61,333 nucleotides of DNA from Asaia bogorensis (lineage in GTDB: Bacteria > Pseudomonadota > Alphaproteobacteria > CACIAM-22H2), in NCBI GenBank assembly GCA_945892765.1, contig CAMDDQ010000004.1, positions 1 through 61,333 of the forward strand. Reading direction: 5' to 3'. Shown piece after piece: positions 9,956-19,914 of this stretch (its first letter is position 1; every line of letters begins with the position of its first letter). Below the pieces are notes generated by a model, which saw only the letters and a program-made list of their open reading frames with translations, searched no databases and was not told the origin of the DNA. The position numbers were made by a program, and so were the translations under genes.

Positions 9956-12588
9956 CGACAGGCAATTCAAACGGACCCAACGGTTTCGTCGCCGACGTTC
10001 CCGGCTGGAGGCTGTCGATGGCCCGCGCCGCACTGTTCTGGGAGAAGCTGTGGCCGGCCGCGTGGCCCGCGGTTGCCGTAGCCGGCGTGTTCACCGCTGT
10101 GGCGTGGCTCGATGTCCTTCCGTCGCTGTTGCACCCGTGGGTTCATGTCATTTTCCTGCTGGGCTTCGCCGCTACCTTTCTCTTTGCGGTGTGGCAGGTG
10201 CGCTTCTCCATCCCGACTGTGGCCGATTCGGTGCGTCGCATTGAGGTGTTAAGCGGCGTAGCCCACCGGCCGCTCGCCACCTTGCGCGACCAACTCGTCG
10301 CGGGCGAAGGCGATCCAATGAGCCTCGCGCTGTGGGATTCCCATCGCCGCAGAATGCGCGAAATGCTGGGCGGCGGTCGCGTCGGTCTGCCGGCGCCCGG
10401 CATGGCCCGGCGCGATCCCTGGGCGTTTCGTGCCGCGCTCGGCTTGCTGCTGGTCGTGGCCGCGGTCGTCGCCGGGCCGGAGGAATGGAGCACTCGGTGG
10501 TCGCGTGCCGCCATGCCCTCGTTCAAGTTGATCGAAAACACCGCCGACCGCGTCACCGGCTTCGAAGTATGGATCACGCCGCCGGCCTATACCGGCCTGC
10601 CGACCTTGCTGCCGACGCACGAGCAACGCGGCGCCGATCCGTTGTCCGTCGCCGTCGGGAGCGCGATCCTGGTCCAAGTCATCGGCGGCCGCGAGGCCCC
10701 GATGATCCAAATCGGGGAAGGAGCCCCCGTATCCTTCGAAACCATCGATGAGGGCAGTTTCCGCCTTACTTCGACGATCAATTCTGGAAACCGGTTGGTC
10801 GTCACCCAGGCCAAGAAAACACTCGCCGATTGGGCAATGGAGATCGTGCCGGATCGGGTGCCGCAGATTGCCCACGCCGCGGCGCCACAACGCAACCAGC
10901 GCATGGCCATCCGTCTCGAATACGAAGCGGCCGACGATTACGGCCTGGCCGCCGTTCGCGCCTTTGTCCGAAAGGCGCCGCGCGCCGACGGCACCGGCGT
11001 GACGATGACCGAAACACAGGAGGCGATCGAGCTTCAACTGCCGCTGCCGTCGCAACGGCCGAAAGCCGCCCATGCGACCAGCTTCCACGATCTTACGCCT
11101 CATCCCTGGGCGGGCCTGCCGGTTCTCGTGCAACTCCGCGCCACCGACGCACTCGGACAGAGCGGGGTCAGCGACGATTTCGCCATGATCCTGCCCGAGC
11201 GCGTGTTCGTCAATCCTCTGGCCAAGGCCATCATCGCGCAACGCAAGACGCTGTCGGTCAATCCCGGCCAACGGCGCCAGGTTTCCGATGCCTTGCGCGA
11301 GATCGGCGCAAAGCCGGAACAATACTTCGAGGACATCGTCACCTTCCTGTCGTTGCGCACGGCGGCGCTTCGCTTGTTGCGCGATTCCTCCGACGATGGA
11401 ACCAAGGCCGTGCAATCCCTCTTGTGGGACACGGCCCTACGCATAGAAGACGGCAAGGTTTCCGTCGCCCAGCGTGACGTGCGCAACCTCCAGCAAAAAT
11501 TGATGGAGGCCCTGGCCAACAACGCCTCCCCCGAGGAAATCAAGCGGCTGATGGACGAACTGCGCACCGCCATGGACCGCATGTTCCAGGAAATGATGCA
11601 GCAAGCCATGCGCCCGGACGAACAACAACAGCGGGAGCAGGCGGGGCAACAATCCGATCCGAACGCCCGGTCGACCGGGGATAACGATCTGCGCAAGATG
11701 CTCGAACAGGCACAAAAACTTGCCGAGGCGGGAATGAAAGACCAGGCCCGCGAGATGATCCAGAAAATGCAAGACATGATGGACAACATGCGCCAAGCGC
11801 AGCAGCAGGGCGATCAAGAAAAGGCCCGCCAGGCCCAGCAAATGGCGAAGGAAGTTCAAGACCTGGCGAAACGTCAGCAACAGCTTCTCGATCAGAACTT
11901 CCGGCAGCAGCAACAGGCCCAGCGCGGACAGCAACAACAACAGCAGCGTCAGCAAGGCCAACAGGGTCAAGGCCAAGAACAGAATCAGCAGGAAGGCTCA
12001 CAACCCGGCGTCAGCGAACGGCTCGAAGGTCGCGGACAAAGTCAGGGACAGCAGGGTGCCAACCCCGGACGCCAGGAAGGCGAAGGCGGCGGGCAAGGCA
12101 CCGCGGCTTACCAACAGCAGGAACAGCTGCGGCGCGAACTAGGTGAGGTCATGCGCCGCCTCGGCGAGGCCTTTAACAACATCCCAGACACCCTCGGCAA
12201 CGCCGAGCAATCGATGCGTGAGGCCTCGAATGCGCTGCTCCGCGGCCAGCTCAACCAGGCGCTGCGCCCGCAATCCGAGGCCGTCGAGAACATGATGAAA
12301 GGCCTTCGCCAGATGGCACAACAACAGATGCAGGCGCAGGGCGAAGGCGAAGATGGTGATCCGTCGAATGAAGAAATGCGCGACCGGCAGCTGGGCGATA
12401 GCCGCGATCCGGCCGGCCGGCCGCTGAATGGCCTCGGCGGCATCGATGCCCGCGACATCCGTATCCCGGACCAAGCCGACATCCAGCGGTCCCGCGAGAT
12501 CCAGGACGAGTTGCTGCGCCGCGCCAGCGAGCGCGAGCGTCCCCAGATCGAGCGCGACTACCTCGAGCGCCTTCTGAAGCGGTTCTAG
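9952..12588 (+). CDS. TIGR02302/DUF4175 family membrane-anchored coiled-coil protein
   Basis: N-terminal TM helices, WITPPAYTG, DLTPHPWAG, LWDTALRIEDG, Q-rich tract, DYLERLL C-terminus; ATGA overlap with lysA. Confidence 0.85.
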   Translation: MTTGNSNGPNGFVADVPGWRLSMARAALFWEKLWPAAWPAVAVAGVFTAVAWLDVLPSLLHPWVHVIFLLGFAATFLFAVWQVRFSIPTVADSVRRIEVLSGVAHRPLATLRDQLVAGEGDPMSLALWDSHRRRMREMLGGGRVGLPAPGMARRDPWAFRAALGLLLVVAAVVAGPEEWSTRWSRAAMPSFKLIENTADRVTGFEVWITPPAYTGLPTLLPTHEQRGADPLSVAVGSAILVQVIGGREAPMIQIGEGAPVSFETIDEGSFRLTSTINSGNRLVVTQAKKTLADWAMEIVPDRVPQIAHAAAPQRNQRMAIRLEYEAADDYGLAAVRAFVRKAPRADGTGVTMTETQEAIELQLPLPSQRPKAAHATSFHDLTPHPWAGLPVLVQLRATDALGQSGVSDDFAMILPERVFVNPLAKAIIAQRKTLSVNPGQRRQVSDALREIGAKPEQYFEDIVTFLSLRTAALRLLRDSSDDGTKAVQSLLWDTALRIEDGKVSVAQRDVRNLQQKLMEALANNASPEEIKRLMDELRTAMDRMFQEMMQQAMRPDEQQQREQAGQQSDPNARSTGDNDLRKMLEQAQKLAEAGMKDQAREMIQKMQDMMDNMRQAQQQGDQEKARQAQQMAKEVQDLAKRQQQLLDQNFRQQQQAQRGQQQQQQRQQGQQGQGQEQNQQEGSQPGVSERLEGRGQSQGQQGANPGRQEGEGGGQGTAAYQQQEQLRRELGEVMRRLGEAFNNIPDTLGNAEQSMREASNALLRGQLNQALRPQSEAVENMMKGLRQMAQQQMQAQGEGEDGDPSNEEMRDRQLGDSRDPAGRPLNGLGGIDARDIRIPDQADIQRSREIQDELLRRASERERPQIERDYLERLLKRF

Positions 12589-12635
12589 TCGGCGTTTGCC
12601 GGCCTTCGCGCCCGGCCTTCCAGGTCGAGGAAACC

Positions 12636-12665
12636 AAAAAGGGGCGGGAGCCAATCCCGCCCCTT
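12636..12665 (-). terminator. Intrinsic terminator
   Basis: AAGGGGCGGGA/TCCCGCCCCTT stem with U-tract on minus strand, between convergent genes. Confidence 0.75.
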
Positions 12666-12685
12666 GTCGTTCCTGGAATCAGACC

Positions 12686-13051
12686 TTACGCCGCGCGGCG
12701 AGGGTGGCGGTCGACCGCGGCGGTTAGCTCCTTCAGCGCGAATGGCTTTCGCAAGACGCCGTGGATCATGTCCTCAAGACCGAACGCGCGCTCGGCCTCC
12801 GCCGGGAATCCCGTCGCAAGCAGGACGGCGGTCGCCGAATGGTCTTTGGCGACCTTCAGCGCCAGCCCGATGCCATCCAATCCCGGCATGACGATGTCGG
12901 CCACGAGCAAATCGAAAGTGGCCAGCGCGAGCGCGCGAACCGCGTCATGGCCGTCACGAACGGCCGTGACGTCGTGCCCCGCCTGCCGCAGCGCCCGCAG
13001 CATGAATTCACGCACCGATTGATCGTCTTCGGCAACCAGGATGCGCGCCAT
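12686..13051 (-). CDS. Single-domain response regulator (CpdR-like)
   Basis: RILVAEDD, DIVMPGLDG, ATGF, RKPF; receiver domain only. Confidence 0.85.
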   Translation of the reverse strand: MARILVAEDDQSVREFMLRALRQAGHDVTAVRDGHDAVRALALATFDLLVADIVMPGLDGIGLALKVAKDHSATAVLLATGFPAEAERAFGLEDMIHGVLRKPFALKELTAAVDRHPRRAA

Positions 13052-13116
13052 GACGGCCTACGCCCCCCTATGACGCTGTTTGGGGCAAGTCCGCGTCTTG
13101 CCCCATGGTTGCGCCC

Positions 13117-13776
13117 CTATTCGGCGTGAGCGAAGGCGATAGCCAGGCTCGCCGTATCCAAGCTGGGCTTCCTCACCGAAGTGCGGAAGGCGGAACTTTC
13201 CCCCGGCCCGAGACGCGAGCTGCGCGCGGCAAAGGTCCAATGTTGAAGTTCGGTTTCGCTCGCGTCGCGCAAAGCCGCCCGCAACGCCGGCACACGTCGA
13301 GCCGCGTCCGAGGTATTGACGACTTCGCCTTCCACGATGAGCAAGACGACACCTTCTTCGACCACGCTCACCTGCGTGATGTTGCGCACTTCCAGCCCAA
13401 TTCCGGGTGGATCGACCGGCATGCCGAGCGATTCATAGAGACGCGCAGCCGCGGGCCACGCACCGGTGATCGGCTCCCGTGCCAAAATAGCGCCGCCCAG
13501 TGCGCCGATGACAAGAAGCACGAGCGCGGTCCAGCCCGCGACGCGGCCGCCAGCCGGCCGGCTGGGTGCGGGCGCCATCACCGGCGGCACGCTAAAACTC
13601 GAAAGATCCGAGACCGGGATCGGCGAGGGCGAGGACAGCGATCGCGGGAGATCCGTGGCCGGCTGCTGCAACCAGGTGTGTTTGCAGTTGGCGCAACGAA
13701 CTTTACGACCGACCCCGCCGATGGCGGCAGCGTCCGTCAAATAGCGCGATCCGCAGGCAGGACAGGTGATGATCAT
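13117..13776 (-). CDS. MJ0042-type zinc-ribbon / DUF3426-like membrane protein
   Basis: MIITCPACGSRY...GRKVRCANCKHTW, Pro-rich linker, one TM helix. Confidence 0.85.
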   Translation of the reverse strand: MIITCPACGSRYLTDAAAIGGVGRKVRCANCKHTWLQQPATDLPRSLSSPSPIPVSDLSSFSVPPVMAPAPSRPAGGRVAGWTALVLLVIGALGGAILAREPITGAWPAAARLYESLGMPVDPPGIGLEVRNITQVSVVEEGVVLLIVEGEVVNTSDAARRVPALRAALRDASETELQHWTFAARSSRLGPGESSAFRTSVRKPSLDTASLAIAFAHAE

Positions 13777-13916
13777 GGCAGCCAAATGCCGCTGAGAAAT
13801 AGAGATTTTCTTATAGGCCCGCCCCGGCGGCGTTACAAGAAGGGCGTGCGTCTGGACGCGGCGCCGAGCCGCGTGCCATTCTGGCGCCGCGAGAATCGCG
13901 ACCTCGAGGGGGGGGT

Positions 13917-14639
13917 GTGCGGCCTGTGGTTCGATTCGAAAATGTCGGCCTGCGTTATGGGCTTGGTCCCGAAGTCCTGCGCGACCTCACCTTCGAACTC
14001 GAGTCCGGCGCCTTTCACTTCCTGGTCGGCCCGAGTGGCGCCGGAAAATCGTCCCTGCTCCAGCTCCTTTACCTCGCCCGCCGGCCGACCCGCGGCCTGA
14101 TAACCCTCTTTGACCGTTCGGTTTGGAAAGTGCCGCGGCGCGAACTTCCGGCATTGCGGCAACGCATCGGCGTCGTCTTCCAGGATTTCCGTCTATTCGA
14201 CCACTTGTCTGCGTTCGACAATGTGGCTTTGCCCCTGCGCCTAAAGGGCGCCAAGGAGACCGAGATACGCAAACATGTCAGCGAATTGCTGACCTGGGTC
14301 GAACTTGGCGACCATCTGGACGCCTTGCCACCGACCCTGTCCGGGGGCCAAAAACAGCGCGTCGCCATCGCCCGTGCCGTGATTGCGCGGCCGCGCCTCT
14401 TGCTCGCCGACGAGCCCACCGGCAATGTCGACGACCGCATCGCCATGCGCCTACTCCACCTTTTCGTCGAACTCCACAAAATGGGAACGACAGTCGTGAT
14501 CGCGACCCACAACCTGGAGCTGGTCTCGCGCTTCCGCTATCCGGAGCTTCGGCTCGAGAATGGCGAAATCAAGCAATTTCGGCCTCCCGCGCTACGCGAT
14601 GTCCGGCGGGGAATCGAAGCCGCCACCGGGCACGGGTAG
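13917..14639 (+). CDS. ftsE: Cell division ATP-binding protein FtsE
   Basis: [30 protein letters not shown]. Confidence 0.93.
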   Translation: MRPVVRFENVGLRYGLGPEVLRDLTFELESGAFHFLVGPSGAGKSSLLQLLYLARRPTRGLITLFDRSVWKVPRRELPALRQRIGVVFQDFRLFDHLSAFDNVALPLRLKGAKETEIRKHVSELLTWVELGDHLDALPPTLSGGQKQRVAIARAVIARPRLLLADEPTGNVDDRIAMRLLHLFVELHKMGTTVVIATHNLELVSRFRYPELRLENGEIKQFRPPALRDVRRGIEAATGHG

Positions 14640-14643
14640 GATC

Positions 14644-15525
14644 ATGGCGGGACGTATTCGAGTGTTGCCGCTGGATCGTGACGACAGCCGGCGCTATCTA
14701 CCGTGGATCGTTGCGGTCATGGTCTATCTCGCTGCGATGACGCTAGCCGGGGCTATGGCGACGGCGAGCATGGCATCACGATGGCAAACCGGGCTTACCG
14801 GGGCTTTGACGGTGCAGCTTCAGCCGTCGGCCGAAACATCGGCGACCGACGCCCGAATCGGGGCTGTGTTATCCATCCTACGCGGCGATTCCGCCGTGGC
14901 ATCGGCCGAACCCGTTGATGAGGAAAAGATGCTCGGCTTCATTCAACCCTGGCTCGGCCGCGAAGGATTGGCGTTGGATTTACCCCTGCCCCGGCTGATC
15001 GACGTTCGCCTTCACGACCACGCCAGTGTCGACCTGGTCGACCTCGCTGCGCGCCTTGAGGCGGCCGCGCCCGGAACGACGGTCGACGACCATGCCCGCT
15101 GGCTCACCGGAATTTTGAAGCTGGCGCGGGTCATTCGGTTCATCGCCTTCGGCACGGTGGCGTTGATCGCAGCGGCGGCGATAACCGTTCTGGTGTTCGC
15201 GACGCGCGCCGCGCTCGCCGTCCACAAGGACGGGATCGCTTTGCTCCACATTATGGGGGCGCGCAATCGCTTTATCGCAGGCGAATTCCAGGCGGCCGCT
15301 CTGACTCAGGGGTTCCGCGGCGGGTTGATCGGACTACTGACCGCCTTGGCTACGTTGGTCGCGCTGGGCGGCGCCGGACTCAACGCGGATATCGGTATCC
15401 TGCCGCAGGTGACCCTGACCCCGCTGCAATGGCTCGTGCTGGCGGCCCTGCCTCCGGCTGCGGGGGCGGTCGCGTTCGTCACGGCACGGCTGACGGTATT
15501 GAGTGTCCTCGCGCGGCTGGTTTGA
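14644..15525 (+). CDS. ftsX: Cell division permease FtsX
   Basis: Four TM segments, LPLPRLIDV, LLHIMGA; follows ftsE. Confidence 0.88.
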   Translation: MAGRIRVLPLDRDDSRRYLPWIVAVMVYLAAMTLAGAMATASMASRWQTGLTGALTVQLQPSAETSATDARIGAVLSILRGDSAVASAEPVDEEKMLGFIQPWLGREGLALDLPLPRLIDVRLHDHASVDLVDLAARLEAAAPGTTVDDHARWLTGILKLARVIRFIAFGTVALIAAAAITVLVFATRAALAVHKDGIALLHIMGARNRFIAGEFQAAALTQGFRGGLIGLLTALATLVALGGAGLNADIGILPQVTLTPLQWLVLAALPPAAGAVAFVTARLTVLSVLARLV

Positions 15526-15547
15526 CTCGACCTCCGGGACGAACGCC

Positions 15548-16096
15548 ATGAAGTTAGTAATCCTCGACCGCGACGGAGTTCTCAACGAAAACCGCGAGGA
15601 CTATGTGAAGTCGCCAGACGAACTAGTCCTGCTGCCTGGCTCGGCGCCAGCGGTGGCCCGGCTCAATCGCGCCGACATCAAGGTCGCGGTCGTCTCGAAC
15701 CAGGCCGCCATCGGCCGAGGCATCATCGATCAGGCTATGCTCACCCGCATCCATGACAAATTGGGTCGGGAACTCCTCGCCCAGAACGCGCGACTCGACT
15801 TGATCCTCCATTGCCCCGATCCGCCCTGGGCCGCGAGCGATCGCCGCAAACCCGGGCCCGGCATGTTGCGCGAAGCGCTCGCTCATTTCGGCGCGGCGGC
15901 CGGAGACACACCCATGATTGGCGACGACATCCGCGATATGCAGGCGGCGGTTGCGCTCGGCTGTCCGCGCGTGCTCGTCCGCACCGGCCATGGGAAAAAC
16001 ACGCTCGCCGCCGGATTACCGGCAACCGTCCAGCCGGTTGCGGTGCATGACAATCTTGCCGCCGCCGTCGAGGCGCTGCTCGCTGCCCGCCCATGA
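15548..16096 (+). CDS. gmhB: D-glycero-manno-heptose 1,7-bisphosphate phosphatase (HAD)
   Basis: LDRDGVLN, SNQ, RKPGPGM, IGDD. Confidence 0.85.
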   Translation: MKLVILDRDGVLNENREDYVKSPDELVLLPGSAPAVARLNRADIKVAVVSNQAAIGRGIIDQAMLTRIHDKLGRELLAQNARLDLILHCPDPPWAASDRRKPGPGMLREALAHFGAAAGDTPMIGDDIRDMQAAVALGCPRVLVRTGHGKNTLAAGLPATVQPVAVHDNLAAAVEALLAARP

Positions 16097-16734
16097 ACGA
16101 TCGCCTCAACAAGCGCCAGCGCACGCGCACCGGTCTGACTCGCATCCTTTCGGTGATGGCCTTTGCCGCGATCGCCTGGGCAGGGGGATTAGTGTGGTTC
16201 GGCGAGACGATCCCGGATCGCGTTGAGGATTCCGAAACGCGGACGGACGCGATCGTGGTGTTGACCGGGGGGCCGCAAAGGCTGCGCGCCGGTCTCGGGA
16301 TGCTTGCCGACGGCCGCGCCCGAAAACTCTTCGTTTCCGGGGTGTATCGCGGCGTCGATGTCAGCGAATTGCTGCGAATTGCCCGCCAATCGCCGGCGGA
16401 AATCGAATGCTGCATCGTCCTGGGTTACAGCGCCGACAACACGGTCGGCAACGCCGAGGAGACCGCCACCTGGATGCGGGCCGAGGGTTATGCATCGCTG
16501 CGCCTTGTCACCGCCAATTATCACATGCGGCGCAGCCTGATCGAATTCCGCCACGCCCTGCCGGAGGCAACCATCATCCCCCATCCGGTTTTCCTCGACA
16601 GCTTTCACCGGGAAGATTGGTGGCGGTGGCCTGGAACTGCGAGCCTGATCCTGTCGGAATATCACAAATTCCTGGCCGCTATTGTCTGGACGGCAATTGA
16701 AGGCGTCACTCCCGTGCCAATCCGTCCGTCATGA
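16093..16734 (+). CDS. YdcF/DUF218 family protein
   Basis: DAIVVLTGG, NTVGNA, LVTANYHMRR, EYHK. Confidence 0.88.
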   Translation: MNDRLNKRQRTRTGLTRILSVMAFAAIAWAGGLVWFGETIPDRVEDSETRTDAIVVLTGGPQRLRAGLGMLADGRARKLFVSGVYRGVDVSELLRIARQSPAEIECCIVLGYSADNTVGNAEETATWMRAEGYASLRLVTANYHMRRSLIEFRHALPEATIIPHPVFLDSFHREDWWRWPGTASLILSEYHKFLAAIVWTAIEGVTPVPIRPS

Positions 16735-17465
16735 GATCGCCGACCATGATTGTTTTCCTCCGATCGGCTCTGTTCAACGTCTTGTTTTTCACGATGACGG
16801 TAGCGGTGATGATCGGCTGCCTCCCGCTTTTCCTCGGCCCACGCCGGTGGGTTAGAAAGGCGACGAACCTTTGGGCGCGGGGTGTCTTGCACCTGCTGTC
16901 ATCGATCATCGGCCTGCGTTATCGGATTGTGGGCATCGAGAATTGGCCGAGTGGCACCGGGCTCATCGCCGCCAACCACCAATCGGCCTGGGAGACCATC
17001 GCCTTTCTCGCCCTGTTTCCCCCGACGTCTTTCGTACTGAAGAAGGAATTGCTGAGGCTGCCGATCTTCGGTTGGTATTTGCGTCGGCTGCGAATGATCG
17101 CGATCAACCGCGCCGGTGGTGGTCGCGCCCTGCAACGCCTGCTCCTTGAGGCCAAGGCGGAAGGCGAGCCGCGCCAAATCGTAATTTTTCCTGAGGGGAC
17201 GCGTGTTCCTCCCGGAGAACGGCGCCCCTTTCATTCCGGCGTGGCCGCGCTCTATTCCAAGCTGGATCTTCCCGTCACTCCGGTGGCGTTGAACTCCGGC
17301 TTGTTCTGGCGGCGGCGCGCCTTCATCAAACGGCCCGGCGTCATCGACGTCGAGGTCATGCCGGCCATTCCACCCGGCCTCGCGCGCCGCCGCTTCATGA
17401 CCGAGCTTCAGGACAAAATCGATTCCGCGCGTCGGCGACTGGAAGAATCGGCGATGGAAACATAA
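16731..17465 (+). CDS. plsC: 1-acyl-sn-glycerol-3-phosphate acyltransferase (PlsC family)
   Basis: NHQSAWET, IFPEGTR, PVALNSG. Confidence 0.85.
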   Translation: MRSPTMIVFLRSALFNVLFFTMTVAVMIGCLPLFLGPRRWVRKATNLWARGVLHLLSSIIGLRYRIVGIENWPSGTGLIAANHQSAWETIAFLALFPPTSFVLKKELLRLPIFGWYLRRLRMIAINRAGGGRALQRLLLEAKAEGEPRQIVIFPEGTRVPPGERRPFHSGVAALYSKLDLPVTPVALNSGLFWRRRAFIKRPGVIDVEVMPAIPPGLARRRFMTELQDKIDSARRRLEESAMET

Positions 17466-17479
17466 CAAGAACATTTGGG

Positions 17480-17546
17480 TTGACCCGGTTGTCAACCGGG
17501 TCTACACTAAATACGGAAAATCAGAAATTTATACAATTTCTTAGGC
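17480..17546 (+). promoter_or_regulatory. nrdJ promoter with palindrome and candidate NrdR boxes
   Basis: TTGACC-N17-TACACT (17480-17508); degenerate NrdR-like 16-mers at 17504-17519 and 17531-17546. Confidence 0.5.
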
Positions 17547-17555
17547 ACTTAGACG

Positions 17556-19877
17556 ATGCCAACGATCGCCGCCATTTCCCAACAGATTTGGGACATGAAA
17601 TACCGTCTCAAGGCGGCGGACGGCAGCCCCGTGGACAAGACCATTGAGGAGAGCTGGAGCCGGGTCGCCCGCGCGCTGGCTCAGCCGGAAAAGGACCCGC
17701 AGGCCTGGAGCGGTCGTTTTGCCGAGGCGCTGGAGGGATTTAAGTTCCTTCCGGCCGGACGCATTCTGGCCGGCGCCGGCACCGCGCGCAATGTCACGCT
17801 CTTCAACTGCTTTGTCATGGGAACGGTTCCCGATGACATGGGCGGCATCTTCGAACATCTGCGCGAAGCCGCGTTGACCATGCAGCAAGGCGGCGGCATC
17901 GGTTACGATTTTTCCTCGCTGCGCCCGAAGGGTGCGCCGGTGAAGGGCGTCGGCGCGGACGCTTCCGGCCCGCTGTCCTTCATGGATGTGTGGGACGCGA
18001 TGTGCCGCACGATCATGAGCGCCGGCCACCGTCGCGGCGCCATGATGGCGACTCTGGCTTGCGACCATCCGGATATCGAAGCCTTCATCGAAGCCAAGCG
18101 CGAGCCAGGCCGGCTGCGGATGTTCAACCTGTCCGTGCTGGTCAGCGACGCCTTCATGACCGCGGTGAAGGAGGGTGCGCCGTGGGAGCTCAAATTCGGC
18201 GGCACCGCGTACAAAGCTGTCGCGGCGCGCGATCTGTGGGATCGCATCATGCGCGCGACCTATGCTTATGCCGAGCCGGGCGTGATCTTCATCGACCGCA
18301 TCAATCGGCGTAACAACCTTTATTATGCCGAGGATATTCGGGCGACCAACCCCTGTGGGGAGCAGCCGCTGCCGCCTTATGGCGCCTGCCTGCTTGGTTC
18401 CATCAATCTCGCCGCGTTGGTCAGCGATCCGCTGACACCCGGCGCGCACATCGACAACGCGGCGCTGGAACACCTGGTGCCGGTGGCCATTCGTATGCTG
18501 GACAACTCCATCGATGCGTCGCGCTTTCCACTGCCGCGTCAGGCCGAGGAGGCGCGCGCCAAACGCCGCATCGGTCTCGGCATCACGGGTCTCGCCGATG
18601 CGCTGATTTTGTGCGGCGCGCGTTATGGCAGCGAAGCCTCGATCACGATCGCCGAGTCATGGATGCGGACAATCCAGCGCGCCGCCTATCGCGCGTCGAC
18701 CGAGATCGCCAAGGAAAAAGGCGCTTTCCCCTTGTTCGACGCCGAAAAATACCTGGCCGGCGACACCGTGCGCGAACTCGACGGCGATATTCGTGCCGCG
18801 ATCGCAAAACACGGCATCCGCAATGCGTTGTTAACCTCCATCGCGCCGACCGGCACCATTTCCCTGTTCGCCGACAATGTTTCTTCCGGGCTCGAGCCGG
18901 TTTTCAGCTTCCGCTATACCCGGAGCATCTTGATGCCCGATGGCAGCCGGCGCGAAGAAGAAGTAGCCGATTACGCCTATCGGATGTTCCGGCGGATGTT
19001 CGGCGAAACCGCGGCCCTGCCGGACGCTTTCGTCGATGCGCAGCGCCTGGCGCCGGCCGACCATGTCGTGATGCAGGCCGCCCTTCAGAAATACGTCGAC
19101 AGTTCGATATCCAAGACGATCAACGTACCCGAGGACATCGCCTTCGATTCCTTCAAGGATCTCTATTTCCAGGCTTATGAGCTGGGCTGCAAGGGCTGCA
19201 CGACCTATCGGCCCAATCTCATCACCGGCTCCGTGCTGACGGTGAAGGACGATTCAAAGTCGAAGCCCGCCACGCAGCGGGAGTTGCCCTTTTCCCAGGC
19301 CCCGGCCCGACCGGCGGATTTGTACGAGGCGGGCGGCGTCGTCTACATGACGCGACCGCTGGACCGCCCGGAGGCTCTGCCCGGCCGCACGTACAAACTG
19401 CGCTGGCCCGATAGCGAACACGCGCTTTATATCACCATCAACGACGTCGTTAAGGATGGGCGGCGTCGCCCCTTCGAGGTGTTCATCAATTCCAAGAACA
19501 TGGAACACTACGCCTGGACAGTGGCGCTGACGCGCATGATCAGCGCGGTCTTCCGCCGCGGCGGCGATGTCAGCTTCGTGGTCGAAGAATTAAAAGCGGT
19601 GTTCGATCCGCGCGGCGGTCAATGGGTCGGCGGACGTTATGTGCCGTCGCTGCTCGCGGCCATCGGCGAAGTGATCGAACGGCATATGAACGATATTGGC
19701 TTCTTGGTCGAACCCGCGACCGCGAGGCCGAGTGTCGAGCCGCCTTCCGAGGAACGCCAAGTCGTCGGCCTAACCCAATCCGCCGCGCGCCAATGCCCGA
19801 AATGCGCCCTCGCCGGCCTCATCCGTCAGGAAGGCTGCGATTTGTGTACGTCCTGCGGCTATTCGAAATGCGCCTAA
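17556..19877 (+). CDS. nrdJ: Adenosylcobalamin-dependent (class II) ribonucleotide reductase
   Basis: TLFNC, ATNPCGEQPL, SIAPTGTIS, KGCTTYR, C-terminal CPKC...CTSCGYSKC. Confidence 0.95.
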   Translation: MPTIAAISQQIWDMKYRLKAADGSPVDKTIEESWSRVARALAQPEKDPQAWSGRFAEALEGFKFLPAGRILAGAGTARNVTLFNCFVMGTVPDDMGGIFEHLREAALTMQQGGGIGYDFSSLRPKGAPVKGVGADASGPLSFMDVWDAMCRTIMSAGHRRGAMMATLACDHPDIEAFIEAKREPGRLRMFNLSVLVSDAFMTAVKEGAPWELKFGGTAYKAVAARDLWDRIMRATYAYAEPGVIFIDRINRRNNLYYAEDIRATNPCGEQPLPPYGACLLGSINLAALVSDPLTPGAHIDNAALEHLVPVAIRMLDNSIDASRFPLPRQAEEARAKRRIGLGITGLADALILCGARYGSEASITIAESWMRTIQRAAYRASTEIAKEKGAFPLFDAEKYLAGDTVRELDGDIRAAIAKHGIRNALLTSIAPTGTISLFADNVSSGLEPVFSFRYTRSILMPDGSRREEEVADYAYRMFRRMFGETAALPDAFVDAQRLAPADHVVMQAALQKYVDSSISKTINVPEDIAFDSFKDLYFQAYELGCKGCTTYRPNLITGSVLTVKDDSKSKPATQRELPFSQAPARPADLYEAGGVVYMTRPLDRPEALPGRTYKLRWPDSEHALYITINDVVKDGRRRPFEVFINSKNMEHYAWTVALTRMISAVFRRGGDVSFVVEELKAVFDPRGGQWVGGRYVPSLLAAIGEVIERHMNDIGFLVEPATARPSVEPPSEERQVVGLTQSAARQCPKCALAGLIRQEGCDLCTSCGYSKCA

Positions 19878-19914
19878 ATTGGCGGTAACTGCAGCCGCGA
19901 TGCCGCAACCGCCC

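Noticed and set aside
11900-11960. CAG/CAA runs as a tandem repeat or CRISPR-like array
   Set aside because: In-frame polyglutamine codons; no repeat-spacer structure
17466-17555. Cobalamin riboswitch before nrdJ
   Set aside because: Spacer is only 90 nt and lacks a B12 box
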